From: a bacterium
Lineage (GTDB): Bacteria > UBA8248 > JACPRG01 > G963555815
Assembly (NCBI GenBank): GCA_965218795.1
Contig: OZ244653.1
Coordinates: 3,264,001-3,328,000, forward strand
Length of the DNA: 64,000 nt
Direction of reading: 5' to 3'
In this document: positions 49,732 to 61,555 of the stretch, piece by piece
Layout: every line of letters starts with the position of its first letter
Position numbering within the stretch: position 1 is the stretch's first letter
Translations under genes and position numbers: made by a program
Notes under the pieces: generated by a model
Seen by the model: only the letters and a program-made list of their open reading frames with translations
What the model was told of the DNA's origin: nothing
The model's database searches: none

Positions 49732-52700
49732 CTACCCCTCGGTTCCGACTTCTTCAATGGGTCCACCGTTGGACGCAGAGGCATCCACAGGAGTCCCGCT
49801 GCCATCTTCGATGAGTTCCACATCCAAGGCCAGGCTCTGTAATTCCTTCATCATCACGTTGAAGGATTCAGGCAGGCTCGCCTCCAGCGCGCTCTCACCT
49901 TTGACGATGGATTCGTACATGCGCGTCCGGCCGGCGATGTCGTCGCTCTTGACAGTGAGCATCTCCTGAAGGATGCGGGCGGCGCCGTAGGCCTCGAGCG
50001 CCCACACCTCCATCTCGCCGAGCCGCTGACCGCCGAACTGGGCCTTTCCGCCCAACGGCTGCTGGGTCACCAGGGAATACGGACCTGTCGACCGGGCATG
50101 GATCTTCTCATCCACCAGATGATGAAGCTTCATCATGTAGATGTAGCCCACGGAAATCTTCTGGTCGAACCTTTCACCGGTCCTGCCGTCATGAAGGTGG
50201 GTTTCCCCGTTTTCGGGTAAATCCGCGTCCTTCAGCGCCTTGCGGATGTCCCGTTCTTTGGCCCCTTCGAACACCGGCGTTGCGAATTTCAATCCCAACA
50301 CCTGAGCGGCCCAGCCCAAATGCGTCTCCAGAACCTGGCCGACGTTCATCCGCGAGGGAACCCCCAAGGGATTCAGGATGATCTCAATGGGGCGCCCGTC
50401 CGGCATGTAAGGCATATCCTCTTCGGGAACGATGATGGACACCACGCCTTTGTTGCCATGACGGCCCGCCATCTTGTCCCCGACCTGGAGCTTCCGCTTC
50501 ACGGCCACGTACGCCTTGACCAGTTTGATGACGCCCGGCGGCAACTCCGCTCCCTTGCGAAGCTTTGTGATTTTTTCCTCCATCATGCTCTGGAGGTCGT
50601 CCACCTGATTTTTCGTCGCGGCATCGATTTGGGCGATCTGTGCAGCGATGTCCTGAGGCATGGCCTCCTTGATCGCGTTGAGCGCACGAACGGGCAGGCC
50701 CTGCAGCAAAGAGGCCTCCACCGTCGCCCCCTCGGAGAGCAGGGTCTTGTCCGTGCGCGGATCCATCACGCGAGCCGTCACCTCCCGACGGGCCATCAGC
50801 CCGCGGATTCGCTCATCCCGCTCCTCCTCGATGATTCGGACCTCGTCCTGATAGTCCTTTTCAATCTTGACCACCCCGGCTTCTTCGATAGAGATGGCGC
50901 GGGTATCCTTGTCCACGCCTCTCCGGGAAAACACCTTGACGTCGACGACGGTCCCTTCAACGCCCGGCGGGATCGTGAGCGAGGTGTCGCGAACATCCCC
51001 CGCCTTCTCCCCGAAGATGGCCTTGAGAAGCTTTTCCTCCGGGCTGAGCTGGGTTTCCCCCTTCGGGGTCACTTTACCCACGAGGATGGAACCCGGACCG
51101 ACCTTGGCTCCGATGCGGACGATTCCACTTTCGTCCAGATCCTTCAACGCCTCCTCGCCCACGTTGGGAATGTCCCGGGTGATTTCCTCTTTGCCCAGCT
51201 TCGTATCGCGGGCCTCGATCTCGAATTCCTCAATGTGGATGGAGGTGTAAATATCCTCCTTGACCACCTTTTCACTGATGACAATCGCGTCCTCGAAGTT
51301 GTAGCCCCGCCAGGGCATAAAGGCCACCAGAACATTCCGCCCCAGGGCGAGTTCGCCTGCCTCGGTCGCCGGACCGTCCGCCAAAACCTTGCCCTCTTCC
51401 ACCTTTTGGCCGACCCCGACGATGGGACGCTGATTGAAGCAGGTGTTCTGGTTGGACCGTCGGTACTTGGTCAAGTTGTAAATGTTGACTCCGGGACTGT
51501 TCGCGTCGCTCTTCTTCCGGCTGTTGGAGCTGCGGACCACGATACGCGAGGCGTCGACGTCCACCACCTCGCCTCCTTCCCTGGCCACAATGACCGCTCC
51601 GGAATCCTTTGCGGCCACCCCTTCCATGCCCGTGCCGACCAACGGCGCCTCCGGCCGAAGGAGCGGAACCGCCTGCCGCTGCATATTCGAACCCATCAGT
51701 GCGCGGTTGGCGTCATCGTTCTCCAGGAAGGGGATCAAGGAGGTCGCCACGCTCACAAGTTGTTTCGGCGACACGTCCATGTAGTCCACCTCGTCGGGGG
51801 AGGACATGACGAATTCGCCTCCCTTCCGGCAGGACACCAGATCGTTGAGGAACTTGCCGTTTTTGTCGATTGGGGCGTTGGCCTGGGCGATGGTGCAACG
51901 GTCCTCGTCGATGGCGGTCAGGAATTCCACATGGTCCGTAACACGCCCGTTCCCCACCTTCCGATAGGGGGTCTCGATGAAGCCGAACTCATTGACGCGG
52001 GCGTACGTGCTCAGGGAGGAGATCAGGCCGATGTTCGGACCCTCCGGTGTCTCGATGGGGCAAATCCGCCCGTAATGCGTCTGATGAACGTCCCGGACTT
52101 CGAATCCGGCCCGCTCGCGCGTCAGGCCGCCCGGACCGAGGGCCGAGAGACGCCGCTTATGTGTCAACTCGGACAGCGGGTTCGTTTGATCCATGAACTG
52201 TGAAAGCTGGGCGCTGCCGAAAAACTCCTTGATGGCCGCTGAAATCGGCTTTGCATTGATCAAATCGTGGGGCATCGCCGATTCCAGATCGATGATGCTC
52301 ATCCGTTCCCGGATGGCCCGCTCCATTCGCACCAATCCGATTCGGAACTGATTCTCCAGCAACTCTCCCACCGAGCGGACCCGCCGGTTGCCGAGATGGT
52401 CGATGTCATCCACACTTCCCCGCGCAGACCGGAGCCCGACCAGGTACTTCATGGACTCCACCACATCCTCTTGCGTAAGGGTTCGCTGGATCAACGGGAG
52501 CGAAAGACTCAGCTTGGAGTTGATCTTCATCCGCCCGATTCGGGACAGGTCGTATCGTTTCGGATTGAGGAAAAGGTTATCGAACAGCGCGCGGGCTGTT
52601 TCCCGCGTCGGCGGGTCTCCCGGACGAAGCCGCTTGTATATCTCGATCAGCGCCTCTTCCGGGGCGGTCACGCGGTCCACCTTCAGGGTTTCGACGATAC

Positions 52701-53847
52701 TCGGATCCAACCCTCCTTCCCCTTGATGGAGGACGTAGAATTCTTCGATGCCGTTCTCTTTGATGGCCTCCAAAACCCCTGGGCTGATGGTCCGTCCCGC
52801 CTCGAGAATCAGCTCGCCAGTCTCCGGATGGACGATACTTTTTGCGCTGATGGACTCGATCAGGTCCTCTTCTTCCAGCCCGATGGATTGAATCTTGAGG
52901 TCCAACATCCGATCGTAAGCCTTGCGGGTGACCGGCCGGCCGACTTTGGTGAGGAGCTCACCCGAATCCGGATCGGCCAGATCTTCCGTGGCGCGCTGAC
53001 CGGTGAGCCGCTCTGAGAGTTTCTTCCGGAAGACCCCGGCCTTGGTATCAAAGGCAATCTCCTCCAGAGGGTAAAAGGCCTCGAGGATTTCTTCCGTCCT
53101 CAGGCCCAACGCCCGCAGGAGGGTGGTGGCGGGCAGTTTCCGACGCCGATCGATCCGGACATAGAGAATTTCTTTGGAATCGAACTCGAAATCCAGCCAC
53201 GAGCCGCGATAGGGAATCACCCGCGCGGAGAACAGATGTCTTCCGCTGTGAATGGGACCGGAATCCTGACTGAAGAACACCCCGGGCGAGCGGTGCATCT
53301 GGCTGACAACCACCCGCTCCGTCCCGTTGATGATAAACGTCCCGTTCTCGGTCATCAGCGGAATTTCGCCCAGGTAGACCTTCTGCTGCTTGATGTCCTT
53401 GATGACCGGCTCCCCGTCGAGACCCTTTTCGGTGAGCTGCATCTCGACGATGATGCGGAGCGGATCGCTGTACGTCATTCCGCGCTCACGGCATTCCTCG
53501 ATATCGTGCTTGGGCCGGTAAGAAAGGGGGTTCCCGGTTTTCGAGTCGACCACAACAGGACCGCCCAGGCCTTTAAACTCGCCCGACTTAGACACCCAGG
53601 TTCCGATCTCATAGCCGACGTAATGCAGAAAGGCCGTGCCATTGAAGTCGCTAATGGGAAAAACACTTCGGAAAACGTTCTCCAGCCCCTCGTCCTCCCG
53701 TTCGGAGGGCAGCACTTTGGCCTGGAGAAATCTCTCGTAAGACAGGAGCTGAATTTCAATCAGATCGGGAATGCCAACAACCGTGGAGACGTTTCCGAAA
53801 TCGAGCCGTTGGTCATGTCCGTTGCGTAGATTCGCATCCTTCGCCAT
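49732..53847 (-). CDS. rpoB: RNA polymerase beta subunit
   Basis: [22 protein letters not shown] and GGQRLGEME motifs. Confidence 0.99.
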   Translation of the reverse strand: MAKDANLRNGHDQRLDFGNVSTVVGIPDLIEIQLLSYERFLQAKVLPSEREDEGLENVFRSVFPISDFNGTAFLHYVGYEIGTWVSKSGEFKGLGGPVVVDSKTGNPLSYRPKHDIEECRERGMTYSDPLRIIVEMQLTEKGLDGEPVIKDIKQQKVYLGEIPLMTENGTFIINGTERVVVSQMHRSPGVFFSQDSGPIHSGRHLFSARVIPYRGSWLDFEFDSKEILYVRIDRRRKLPATTLLRALGLRTEEILEAFYPLEEIAFDTKAGVFRKKLSERLTGQRATEDLADPDSGELLTKVGRPVTRKAYDRMLDLKIQSIGLEEEDLIESISAKSIVHPETGELILEAGRTISPGVLEAIKENGIEEFYVLHQGEGGLDPSIVETLKVDRVTAPEEALIEIYKRLRPGDPPTRETARALFDNLFLNPKRYDLSRIGRMKINSKLSLSLPLIQRTLTQEDVVESMKYLVGLRSARGSVDDIDHLGNRRVRSVGELLENQFRIGLVRMERAIRERMSIIDLESAMPHDLINAKPISAAIKEFFGSAQLSQFMDQTNPLSELTHKRRLSALGPGGLTRERAGFEVRDVHQTHYGRICPIETPEGPNIGLISSLSTYARVNEFGFIETPYRKVGNGRVTDHVEFLTAIDEDRCTIAQANAPIDKNGKFLNDLVSCRKGGEFVMSSPDEVDYMDVSPKQLVSVATSLIPFLENDDANRALMGSNMQRQAVPLLRPEAPLVGTGMEGVAAKDSGAVIVAREGGEVVDVDASRIVVRSSNSRKKSDANSPGVNIYNLTKYRRSNQNTCFNQRPIVGVGQKVEEGKVLADGPATEAGELALGRNVLVAFMPWRGYNFEDAIVISEKVVKEDIYTSIHIEEFEIEARDTKLGKEEITRDIPNVGEEALKDLDESGIVRIGAKVGPGSILVGKVTPKGETQLSPEEKLLKAIFGEKAGDVRDTSLTIPPGVEGTVVDVKVFSRRGVDKDTRAISIEEAGVVKIEKDYQDEVRIIEEERDERIRGLMARREVTARVMDPRTDKTLLSEGATVEASLLQGLPVRALNAIKEAMPQDIAAQIAQIDAATKNQVDDLQSMMEEKITKLRKGAELPPGVIKLVKAYVAVKRKLQVGDKMAGRHGNKGVVSIIVPEEDMPYMPDGRPIEIILNPLGVPSRMNVGQVLETHLGWAAQVLGLKFATPVFEGAKERDIRKALKDADLPENGETHLHDGRTGERFDQKISVGYIYMMKLHHLVDEKIHARSTGPYSLVTQQPLGGKAQFGGQRLGEMEVWALEAYGAARILQEMLTVKSDDIAGRTRMYESIVKGESALEASLPESFNVMMKELQSLALDVELIEDGSGTPVDASASNGGPIEEVGTEG

Positions 53848-53920
53848 TCTGCACCCTTTCAGGGACAAGTCACCGCTGAGCCCGTTCGGGCACCGGACGA
53901 AAACTCGCTACGGCGCACGT

Positions 53921-54307
53921 TTAACTGATTTCGGCTTCGGCACCGGCTTCGGTCAGTTCCTTCAGAATACTTTCAGCCTCCTCTTTTGGGATCCCGTCCT
54001 TCACCACTTTAGGCGCTGCATCCACAACTGCTTTCGCTTCTTTGAGCCCAAGGCCGGTCAGCGCGCGCACAGCCTTGATCACCTGAATCTTCTGGCCGCC
54101 CGGGGCCGTCAGGGTCACACTGAATTCAGTTTGTTCCACTTCCGCAGCGGCTTCTCCTTCGCCTCCAGCTGCGGGCGCTGCAGCCATCATCATGCTCGCC
54201 GCGGACACCCCGAACTTCTCTTCAAGGGCTTTGACGAGGTCCGCGAGCTCCAGGACCGACATGCTTCCAATGTGAGAGATGAATTCTTCCTGTGTGATCG
54301 TGCTCAT
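53921..54307 (-). CDS. rplL: 50S ribosomal protein L7/L12
   Basis: EEKFGVSA and [20 protein letters not shown] motifs. Confidence 0.98.
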   Translation of the reverse strand: MSTITQEEFISHIGSMSVLELADLVKALEEKFGVSAASMMMAAAPAAGGEGEAAAEVEQTEFSVTLTAPGGQKIQVIKAVRALTGLGLKEAKAVVDAAPKVVKDGIPKEEAESILKELTEAGAEAEIS

Positions 54308-54362
54308 GCGCCTTTCTCCGTTCTCCTGGACCCGGTCACAGCCGGGTTTGTCAACTTCAGCC

Positions 54363-54881
54363 TTATCCGCTCTTTTGATCGCGGATGGCCGAGAGCGTCA
54401 TGACGAAATTCGTGAGGACACCCTGAAGCGTCCGCACCAGCCCTGACACGGGGGCCTGCATGTTGCCGAGCAACTGACCGAGCAATGTTTCCCGGGGGGG
54501 AAGCTTCGCGATCCGGTCAAGGTCCGGGGCCGCGAGTTTCTTTCCCTCGAAGATCCCGCATCTGATTTCCAGCGCCGGGTGAGCACCGGCAAATTTGGAA
54601 AGCTCTTTGGCGGAATCCGTGATTTCCCCTTCGCAGAACGTGACCGCCGTCGGCCCGTCAAAATCCGACTCCAGATCCGCGAAGGTTGTCTCCCGGACAG
54701 CCCGGCGAACGAGAGAGTTCTTGACGACCTGCATTTCCGACTGATTCGCCTTGAGAACTCGCCGCAACTGCGTGATTTCGGAGACCGTCAGCCCCCGGTA
54801 ATCGGAGAGAATCGCTCCCCGGGACCGCTCAAAACGCTCCCGAAGCTCAGCGACCTTTTTCTCCTTGATCGGAGCAACCAC
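54363..54881 (-). CDS. rplJ: 50S ribosomal protein L10
   Basis: DYRGLTV and VVKNSL motifs. Confidence 0.96.
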   Translation of the reverse strand: MVAPIKEKKVAELRERFERSRGAILSDYRGLTVSEITQLRRVLKANQSEMQVVKNSLVRRAVRETTFADLESDFDGPTAVTFCEGEITDSAKELSKFAGAHPALEIRCGIFEGKKLAAPDLDRIAKLPPRETLLGQLLGNMQAPVSGLVRTLQGVLTNFVMTLSAIRDQKSG

Positions 54882-54907
54882 GAATTCTTTCCTCCAGGTC
54901 TCAAACG

Positions 54908-55612
54908 CTACCGGTAGGTGACCGCCACCGCCTGATGGTCCACCTTGACACCCGGGCCCATGGTCGTCGAGACGCTCACGGACCGGATGTAAGTCCCTTT
55001 GGCCGATGCGGGCCTCATCCGCTGGATGGACTCGAGCAATGCGCCGGCATTCTCCACGAGCGAGGCCGTGTCAAAGCTGGCCTTGCCGACCGCCGCGTGT
55101 ACGATTCCGGCCTTGTCCACCCGGAAATCGACTTTCCCCGCCTTCGCGTCCCTCACCATTCGTGCCACGTCGAAGGAAACCGAACCTGACTTGGGGTTGG
55201 GCATCAGGCCTCGGGGGCCCAGGATCTTGCCGAGCTTGCCCACCACGGCCATCATGTCGGGCGTCGCCAGCACACTGTCAAATTCCAGCCAGCCGCCCTG
55301 AATCTTTTTCGCCATATCCTCGCCACCTACGTAATCCGCACCCGAGTCCCGGGCTTCCATTTCCTTCTCACCCTTGGCGAACACCAGAACGCTGACACTC
55401 TTGCCCAGACCTCGGGGGAGGACCACGCTCCCTCGAATCATCTGGTCGGATTTTCGAGGGTCCACCCCCAGCCGGATGGCGATCTCGACAGTTTCGTCAA
55501 ACTTCGCCGCTGCGGTGGACCGGGCCAGGTCCAGGGCTTCGGGCAATGGATGCAGTTTATCCCGCTCTATCTTTTCACGGGCCGCCGAGAAACGTTTCCC
55601 GTTCGTTGCCAT
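54908..55612 (-). CDS. rplA: 50S ribosomal protein L1
   Basis: KFDETVE and [13 protein letters not shown] motifs. Confidence 0.98.
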   Translation of the reverse strand: MATNGKRFSAAREKIERDKLHPLPEALDLARSTAAAKFDETVEIAIRLGVDPRKSDQMIRGSVVLPRGLGKSVSVLVFAKGEKEMEARDSGADYVGGEDMAKKIQGGWLEFDSVLATPDMMAVVGKLGKILGPRGLMPNPKSGSVSFDVARMVRDAKAGKVDFRVDKAGIVHAAVGKASFDTASLVENAGALLESIQRMRPASAKGTYIRSVSVSTTMGPGVKVDHQAVAVTYR

Positions 55613-55617
55613 CTCGT

Positions 55618-56043
55618 TTATGTCTCCACCGTGATGCCCATGCTGCGGGCAGTCCCTTCGATGATTTTCATAGCCGCCGCAACATCCCCTGCGTTCAAAT
55701 CTTCCATTTTTCGCTCGGCGATCTGCCGGACTTGATCCGGCGTAACCGTGCCAACCTTTTCCCGATGGGGCTCGCCGGAGCCCTTTACGATCCCGGCGGC
55801 CTGCTTCAACAGTATCGCGGCGGGCGGGGACTTCGTGATGAAAGTGAAGGAACGGTCCGCGAACACGGTCAGAACGACAGGGATGATCGTCCCTTCCTGG
55901 CCCTGGGTCTGGGAGTTGAAGGCCTTGCAGAACTCCATGATGTTGACCCCGTGCTGACCCAGGGCGGGACCAACGGGAGGAGACGGCGAAGCCTGACCCC
56001 CAGGCACCTGAAGCTTCAATGTGGCTGTCACTTCTTTTGCCAT
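55618..56043 (-). CDS. rplK: 50S ribosomal protein L11
   Basis: [11 protein letters not shown] and GTARSMG motifs. Confidence 0.98.
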   Translation of the reverse strand: MAKEVTATLKLQVPGGQASPSPPVGPALGQHGVNIMEFCKAFNSQTQGQEGTIIPVVLTVFADRSFTFITKSPPAAILLKQAAGIVKGSGEPHREKVGTVTPDQVRQIAERKMEDLNAGDVAAAMKIIEGTARSMGITVET

Positions 56044-56093
56044 GATGACGCTACGCTTTCATTCTCGGCCGAAATCCTCCGGGATATCCGTCC

Positions 56094-56885
56094 CTAGAGC
56101 TTTTCCACCTGCAGAAATTCCAATTCGACCGGGGTCGGCCGGCCGAAAATAGTCACCATGATACGCACCTTGCCGCGCTCATGGTTGATGACATCGACCA
56201 CCCCCGAGAAATTCGCAAACGGACCATCGATGACCCGCACGTTTTGACCTTCCTCGAACTCCACCTTCGGTTTGGCCACCTGCTCCCCGCGAATTTGACC
56301 GAGAATCTTCTGGACTTCATCCTCACTCAGCGGGGTAGGATCGTTGGTTCCCCCCAGAAAACCCGTCACCTTGGGCGTGTTCTTGATGAGATACCAAGTG
56401 TCTGTAGACATTGTCATCTGAATCAAGATATACCCGGGATAATACTTGCGCGAAGACATCCTTCGGCGACCGCCCCGCACCTCCACGACATCTTCGGTCG
56501 GAACCAGAATCTTTCCGAACAGCTCACGCAAGGGAGACACCTGGAGACGCTCTTCCAATGCGGCTTTCACTTTGGTTTCATAACCCGAATAGGTGTGGAT
56601 GACGTACCATTTCTTGTCGGGGTCCGAAAAAGATGTATCCCCAACCTCGGGGACAGGTTCATCGCCAGCTTCGCCGTCGGCCTCCGGGCCCGCCTCGGCT
56701 TCCGTGATCGGCTCCGGCGTTTCGGTGACTTCCCCACCGGCCGGTTCTGCATCAACGGCCGCAACGGGTTCGGCCTCCGATTCCCTTTCGGAGTCTGTGC
56801 CGACCTCCGCCACATCGGCCATATCAGAGGCCGCTGCGCTCCCTTCCTTCTCGTCGGATTCCGGGTGCTGCGGTTCCTGGATCAT
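56094..56885 (-). CDS. nusG: Transcription termination/antitermination factor NusG with a long acidic N-terminal extension
   Basis: WYVIHTYSGYE, YPGY, DGPFANF and IFGRPTPVEL motifs. Confidence 0.96.
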   Translation of the reverse strand: MIQEPQHPESDEKEGSAAASDMADVAEVGTDSERESEAEPVAAVDAEPAGGEVTETPEPITEAEAGPEADGEAGDEPVPEVGDTSFSDPDKKWYVIHTYSGYETKVKAALEERLQVSPLRELFGKILVPTEDVVEVRGGRRRMSSRKYYPGYILIQMTMSTDTWYLIKNTPKVTGFLGGTNDPTPLSEDEVQKILGQIRGEQVAKPKVEFEEGQNVRVIDGPFANFSGVVDVINHERGKVRIMVTIFGRPTPVELEFLQVEKL

Positions 56886-57085
56886 CGGATGAGGGTTCCC
56901 ACCAGCCTTGAAAAGCCCATGTCGACCAAGCCGAGATAAATCGCAATCAAGATGACAGCGATAATGACCACCGATGTGGAGGCAAGCGTCTCTTTACGGG
57001 TCGGCCAAGTCACCTTCCTGACTTCCGAGCGAACATCACGAAGGAAATCGACCGATTGTATATACCAGCCGGTTAATTTTCCCAT
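56882..57085 (-). CDS. secE: Preprotein translocase SecE
   Basis: EVRKVTWP followed by a single TM helix. Confidence 0.96.
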   Translation of the reverse strand: MGKLTGWYIQSVDFLRDVRSEVRKVTWPTRKETLASTSVVIIAVILIAIYLGLVDMGFSRLVGTLIR

Positions 57086-57119
57086 GTGTCCGCAATCTCA
57101 AATTCGCAGAAATGTTGAA

Positions 57120-57195
57120 TGGCAGGCCAGGAGGGATTCGAACCCCCAACCCTCGGTTTTGGAGACCGATGCTCTACCGTTCGAGCTACTGGCCT
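57120..57195 (-). tRNA. tRNA-Trp(CCA)
   Basis: AGGCCAGTAGCTC...CTCCAAA...GTTCGAATCC...CTGGCCTGCCA cloverleaf. Confidence 0.97.
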
Positions 57196-57270
57196 GCCGA
57201 AGGGATTCCGGATGCCTCGAGCCGCCCTTGACTTACCTCTCACTTGCTTTCGAAATGGATCCAACCGGCC

Positions 57271-57420
57271 TCACTTCGTTTCCCGATGGAGTGTGTGGTG
57301 CCTGCAGTACCTGCAATATTTTTTGAATTCCAGACGGTCCGGCGTCTTCTGCTTATTTTTGGTTGTCGAATAATTTCTTCGCTTGCATTCTCCGCAAGCC
57401 AATGTCGCCAAAACTCGCAT
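57271..57420 (-). CDS. rpmG: 50S ribosomal protein L33 (Zn-type)
   Basis: Manual translation [49 protein letters not shown]. Confidence 0.97.
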   Translation of the reverse strand: MRVLATLACGECKRRNYSTTKNKQKTPDRLEFKKYCRYCRHHTLHRETK

Positions 57421-57464
57421 CGCGTTCTCTTTTTTCTCGTCGTCCCAGTCGAGGAATCGAGGGG

Positions 57465-58655
57465 TTATTCGGTGATGTCGGTGATCACGCCAGCACCCAC
57501 CGTCCGGCCACCCTCACGAATCGCAAACCGCAACTCCTTCTCCATCGCTATCGGACCGATCAACTCCACGTCCATCGTTATGTTGTCCCCGGGCATCACC
57601 ATCTCCACACCAGCGGGCAACGTCACCACACCCGTCACGTCCGTCGTACGAAAATAAAACTGAGGACGGTATCCATTGAAAAACGGCGTGTGACGACCCC
57701 CCTCCGCCTTCGTCAACACATAGGCCTCCGCCCTGAACTTCTTGTGGGGCGTGATCGTACCGGGATGAGCCAACACCTGACCGCGCTCCACTCCCTCACG
57801 CTTCACCCCTCGAAGCAATACACCGATGTTGTCACCCGCCTGGCCCTGGTCCAGAAGCTTCCGGAACATCTCCACCCCTGTCGCAACCGTCTTCTCCGTG
57901 TCCCGAATCCCGACGATCTCTACCTCCTCGCCCACCTTCACCACACCGCGCTCCACACGACCCGTCACCACCGTGCCTCGACCACTGATCGTGAACACAT
58001 CCTCCACAGGCATCAAAAACGGACGGTCCACGTCCCGAACCGGCTCCGGTATGTAACTGTCGATAGCATCCATCAACTCCAATATGCTCTGCGCCGAAGA
58101 ATCCTCATCAGGATGGTTCAACGCCTGCAAGGCGCTCCCCTGTACCACCGGTATCTCATCCCCAGGAAAATCGTAACTCGACAGCAACTCACGTACCTCC
58201 AACTCCACCAACTCCTTCAACTCCTCGTCGTCCACCATGTCCACCTTGTTCAAATACACCACAATGTAAGGAACGCCCACCTGACGAGCCAGCAATATGT
58301 GCTCGCGCGTCTGAGGCATCGGGCCGTCCGCAGCGCTCACAACCAATATCGCGCCGTCCATCTGGGCCGCGCCCGTGATCATGTTCTTCACATAGTCCGC
58401 ATGACCAGGACAGTCCACGTGAGCATAGTGGCGCTGCGCCGTCTCGTACTCCACGTGAGCCGTCGCTATCGTGATCCCTCGCTCCCTCTCCTCGGGCGCC
58501 TTGTCGATCTCATCGAACGATATGAAATCCGCCCGGCCCTGCTTGGACAACACAAGCGTGATCGCTGCCGTCAGCGTTGTCTTGCCGTGATCCACGTGGC
58601 CTATCGTACCCACGTTCACGTGGGGCTTCGTCCGCTCGAACTTCAACTTGCTCAC
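57465..58655 (-). CDS. tuf: Elongation factor Tu (tRNA-linked copy)
   Basis: Same protein as 40980-42170; GTG start. Confidence 0.99.
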   Translation of the reverse strand: MSKLKFERTKPHVNVGTIGHVDHGKTTLTAAITLVLSKQGRADFISFDEIDKAPEERERGITIATAHVEYETAQRHYAHVDCPGHADYVKNMITGAAQMDGAILVVSAADGPMPQTREHILLARQVGVPYIVVYLNKVDMVDDEELKELVELEVRELLSSYDFPGDEIPVVQGSALQALNHPDEDSSAQSILELMDAIDSYIPEPVRDVDRPFLMPVEDVFTISGRGTVVTGRVERGVVKVGEEVEIVGIRDTEKTVATGVEMFRKLLDQGQAGDNIGVLLRGVKREGVERGQVLAHPGTITPHKKFRAEAYVLTKAEGGRHTPFFNGYRPQFYFRTTDVTGVVTLPAGVEMVMPGDNITMDVELIGPIAMEKELRFAIREGGRTVGAGVITDITE

Positions 58656-58695
58656 GGATTTCAATCTCCGTCCATGTGTTTCGGTTTAACCAAGT

Positions 58696-58727
58696 GAAGG
58701 CGTTCGGCATGTCAGCCAAACGCCTTC
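58696..58727 (-). other. Strong hairpin between tRNA-Thr and tuf (possible attenuator or processing stem)
   Basis: GAAGGCGTT-C-GGC-N6-GCC-A-AACGCCTTC inverted repeat. Confidence 0.4.
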
Positions 58728-58740
58728 CTTCCAACCAAGG

Positions 58741-58818
<78 letters not shown>

Positions 58819-58846
58819 GCCGGCCTCGTTCTCCTCAATCGCTTCA

Positions 58847-58923
58847 TGGAGCGGGAAACGGGATTCGAACCCGCGACCCTCGGCTTGGAAGGCCGATGCT
58901 CTAGCCAGCTGAGCTATTCCCGC
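58847..58923 (-). tRNA. tRNA-Gly(TCC)
   Basis: GCGGGAA...CTTCCAA...GGTTCGAATCC...TTCCCGCTCCA. Confidence 0.97.
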
Positions 58924-58946
58924 CCGCCGCCAATCAACCCACAGAC

Positions 58947-59031
58947 TGGTGGGGAGGGGAGGATTCGAACCTCCGAAGGCTGAGCCGACAGATTTACAGT
59001 CTGTTCCCTTTGACCGCTCGGGAACCTCCCC
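58947..59031 (-). tRNA. tRNA-Tyr(GTA)
   Basis: GGGGAGG...CTGTAAA, long variable arm, ...CCTCCCCACCA. Confidence 0.97.
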
Positions 59032-59077
59032 TGAAGTCTATTGAAATTTTTGGAGTTTTGAAGAATAGCCGGTCCCC

Positions 59078-59153
59078 TGGAGCTGGCGAAGGGATTTGAA
59101 CCCCCGACCTGCTGATTACAAGTCAGCTGCTCTACCAACTGAGCTACGCCAGC
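59078..59153 (-). tRNA. tRNA-Thr(TGT)
   Basis: GCTGGCG...CTTGTAA...CGCCAGCTCCA. Confidence 0.97.
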
Positions 59154-59170
59154 CATCAGTCAAATGATTA

Positions 59171-59199
59171 ATTATGGAGACATTTGCTCCCCTTGTCAA
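59171..59199 (-). promoter_or_regulatory. Sigma70-type promoter of the tRNA-tuf operon
   Basis: TTGACA-N17-CATAAT, 17 bp upstream of tRNA-Thr(TGT). Confidence 0.85.
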
Positions 59200-59240
59200 C
59201 AAAATATGGTGGGCCAGAAATCCCATATCCCGCCGGGCGG

Positions 59241-60065
59241 TCAGGTATGACTCCTCCGATTTCCCTTTAGCCTTCGCCTCGCATTCACCTCATACAACGC
59301 AATGGCTCCGGCGACAGATGCGTTCAAGGTAGGAAAATCGGCCGACGTGTCCAGGCGCATCACTTGGTCACACCGTTCGCGCACCAAACGGCGAAGTCCT
59401 TTGCCTTCTGAGCCCACAACCAGCGCCATCGGCCCGTCACACCATATCTCTTCGATCGGTTGGCCCCCTGTCTCAGCGAGACCGACAATCCAGAAATTTC
59501 TCTCTTTGAGATGATCCAACGCCCGCGACAGGTTCGTGACTCGAGTCAGGGGGATTCGCTCTATCGCCCCCGCAGAGGCTTTCACCGCCGCCGGGGTCGG
59601 CCCTGCCGACCGATCTTTGGGAAATACAACGCCCCGGCAACCCAGGGCCAAAGCCGAACGACAAAGGGCTCCGAAGTTTCTGGGATCGATGACGCCATCC
59701 AGAACCAGTATGACGGGAGGGGAGAAGGTATCCTCACCATCCGGAGATGATTCCCCGGGCAGTTCTTCCAGTGAACAAACGGGCAGGGGACCGACATCCG
59801 CGACCGCTCCCTGATGATCCGGACTTCCGGCAAGGCGGGTCAGCCCCTCTCGGCTTTCCGGCGCCACCGGAACGCCGACCTGGGCGGCAGCTTCCACGAT
59901 CTCCGTCAGAACGGCATCCGTGCGGCCGGCCAAGAAAACATGAGCGATTCTCCTCCTGCCCGCGCGCAAGCTTTCCAGGACCGGCCTGAGACCGTATATG
60001 AATCGATCCGCCTCGGTTTTTCGTTTTTGTCCCCGACCGGGGCTCACGTCTGTACCCGTTTCCAC
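59241..60065 (-). CDS. rlmB: 23S rRNA (Gm2251) methyltransferase RlmB
   Basis: HQGAVA, DPRNFGA..RS, KASAGA, GSEGKG and LNASVA (SpoU) motifs. Confidence 0.93.
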   Translation of the reverse strand: METGTDVSPGRGQKRKTEADRFIYGLRPVLESLRAGRRRIAHVFLAGRTDAVLTEIVEAAAQVGVPVAPESREGLTRLAGSPDHQGAVADVGPLPVCSLEELPGESSPDGEDTFSPPVILVLDGVIDPRNFGALCRSALALGCRGVVFPKDRSAGPTPAAVKASAGAIERIPLTRVTNLSRALDHLKERNFWIVGLAETGGQPIEEIWCDGPMALVVGSEGKGLRRLVRERCDQVMRLDTSADFPTLNASVAGAIALYEVNARRRLKGNRRSHT

Positions 60066-61537
60066 TGAGTCCCAGCGGGACCGTCTTCGAGGAGGACGTT
60101 TCCGGCCTTCAGCTCATCCCGGATTCGGTCGGCCTCCGCCCAATCCTTTCGGGCCCGTGCATCCACTCGTTCCAAAATCATTCGCTCGATGGTTTCATCG
60201 TCCAGCATACCCTCGACTTTATCAGCCGATGCAGTGGTACCGGCCAGCCGGAACCAATCCACGGGCGAATGCTCTAAAAAAGTCAGGACCTGGGCCCGCC
60301 GGGCCAAGGCATCGACCGCACGCTTCATCGTCTCAACGGGGATCTCCACGCCGGATTTTGCGTCCCATGCGGAAGGATCCAGGCGATCGATGGCATTGTG
60401 GATCTGCCGCGCCAGGGTGAACATGCCGCCGATGGCCCTCGGGGTGTTGAAATCATCGTCCATCGCCTCTGTGAACTCGACTTCAAAGCTCCGGACGGCT
60501 TGATCCAGGGTCGGGTCACCGCCGTTGGCGCCTTTGGGGGCTTTCGCGCGCGCCTCTTCCGCCCTCAGACAGGCGTTGTAGAGCCGGTCGAGTCCGCGAC
60601 CCGCCGCAGCCGCGGCGTCATCGGAATATTCCAGGGCGCTCCGGTAGTGGGAGCCCGCCAGCAGGAACCTGATGACTTCCGGATGAAATTTTTCAAGTAT
60701 GGCCCTCACCGAAAAAAAGTTCCCGGTGGATTTCGACATTTTCTCCTGGTGAATCCGCACCATCCCGTTGTGCAGCCAATATCGCGCAAATCCTTCTCCG
60801 GAAAAGGCGCAGGATTGGGCCCGCTCGTTCTCGTGGTGAGGAAAAATGAGATCGGTTCCGCCGCCGTGAATGTCGAAGGTTTTCCCAAGGTATTTGAGGG
60901 ACATGGCCGAGCATTCGATATGCCAGCCCGGACGCCCTTCTCCCCAGGGGGATTCCCAGCTTGGCTCTCCAGGCTTGGCCGCTTTCCAGAGCGTGAAATC
61001 AAGGGGGTCGCGTTTCTGTTCGTTCACCTCCACCCTGGCGCCCGATTCCAGTTCGTCGATATTTTTTCCCGACAGCCTCCCGTATTCACCGAATTTCCGG
61101 ACGGCAAAATAAACATCGCCATCCGCCTCGTAGGCGTACCCTTTATCGATGAGTCCTTGGATCATCTCCACCATGGACGGGATGTGCTCGGTGGCCCTGG
61201 GCTCGAAATCGGGCGCGGCCACGCCCAATCGCTCCATGTCTTCGGTGAACGCCTGGATGTAGCGCTCCGCAATATCAGCGGCGGCTGCCCCTTCTTCCCG
61301 GGCACGGACGATGATCTTGTCGTCCACATCGGTGAAGTTTCGCACATAAGTAACATCGTAGCCGCGAAACCGAAGGTAGCGGCGAATGATCTCGAATGCC
61401 AAGGCTCCCCGCGCGTGACCCAGATGCGCATCGTCATAGACGGTAACGCCGCAGACGTACATCCCCGCCTTACCGGGAACCTGTGGCGCAAAGTTTTCCG
61501 ATTGGCCCGTCAGGTTGTTGAAAACGCGCAGGGTCAT
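60044..61537 (-). CDS. cysS: Cysteine--tRNA ligase
   Basis: [28 protein letters not shown] and KMSKS motifs. Confidence 0.98.
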   Translation of the reverse strand: MTLRVFNNLTGQSENFAPQVPGKAGMYVCGVTVYDDAHLGHARGALAFEIIRRYLRFRGYDVTYVRNFTDVDDKIIVRAREEGAAAADIAERYIQAFTEDMERLGVAAPDFEPRATEHIPSMVEMIQGLIDKGYAYEADGDVYFAVRKFGEYGRLSGKNIDELESGARVEVNEQKRDPLDFTLWKAAKPGEPSWESPWGEGRPGWHIECSAMSLKYLGKTFDIHGGGTDLIFPHHENERAQSCAFSGEGFARYWLHNGMVRIHQEKMSKSTGNFFSVRAILEKFHPEVIRFLLAGSHYRSALEYSDDAAAAAGRGLDRLYNACLRAEEARAKAPKGANGGDPTLDQAVRSFEVEFTEAMDDDFNTPRAIGGMFTLARQIHNAIDRLDPSAWDAKSGVEIPVETMKRAVDALARRAQVLTFLEHSPVDWFRLAGTTASADKVEGMLDDETIERMILERVDARARKDWAEADRIRDELKAGNVLLEDGPAGTQWKRVQT

Positions 61538-61555
61538 AAACTCGTCAGAACGGTA

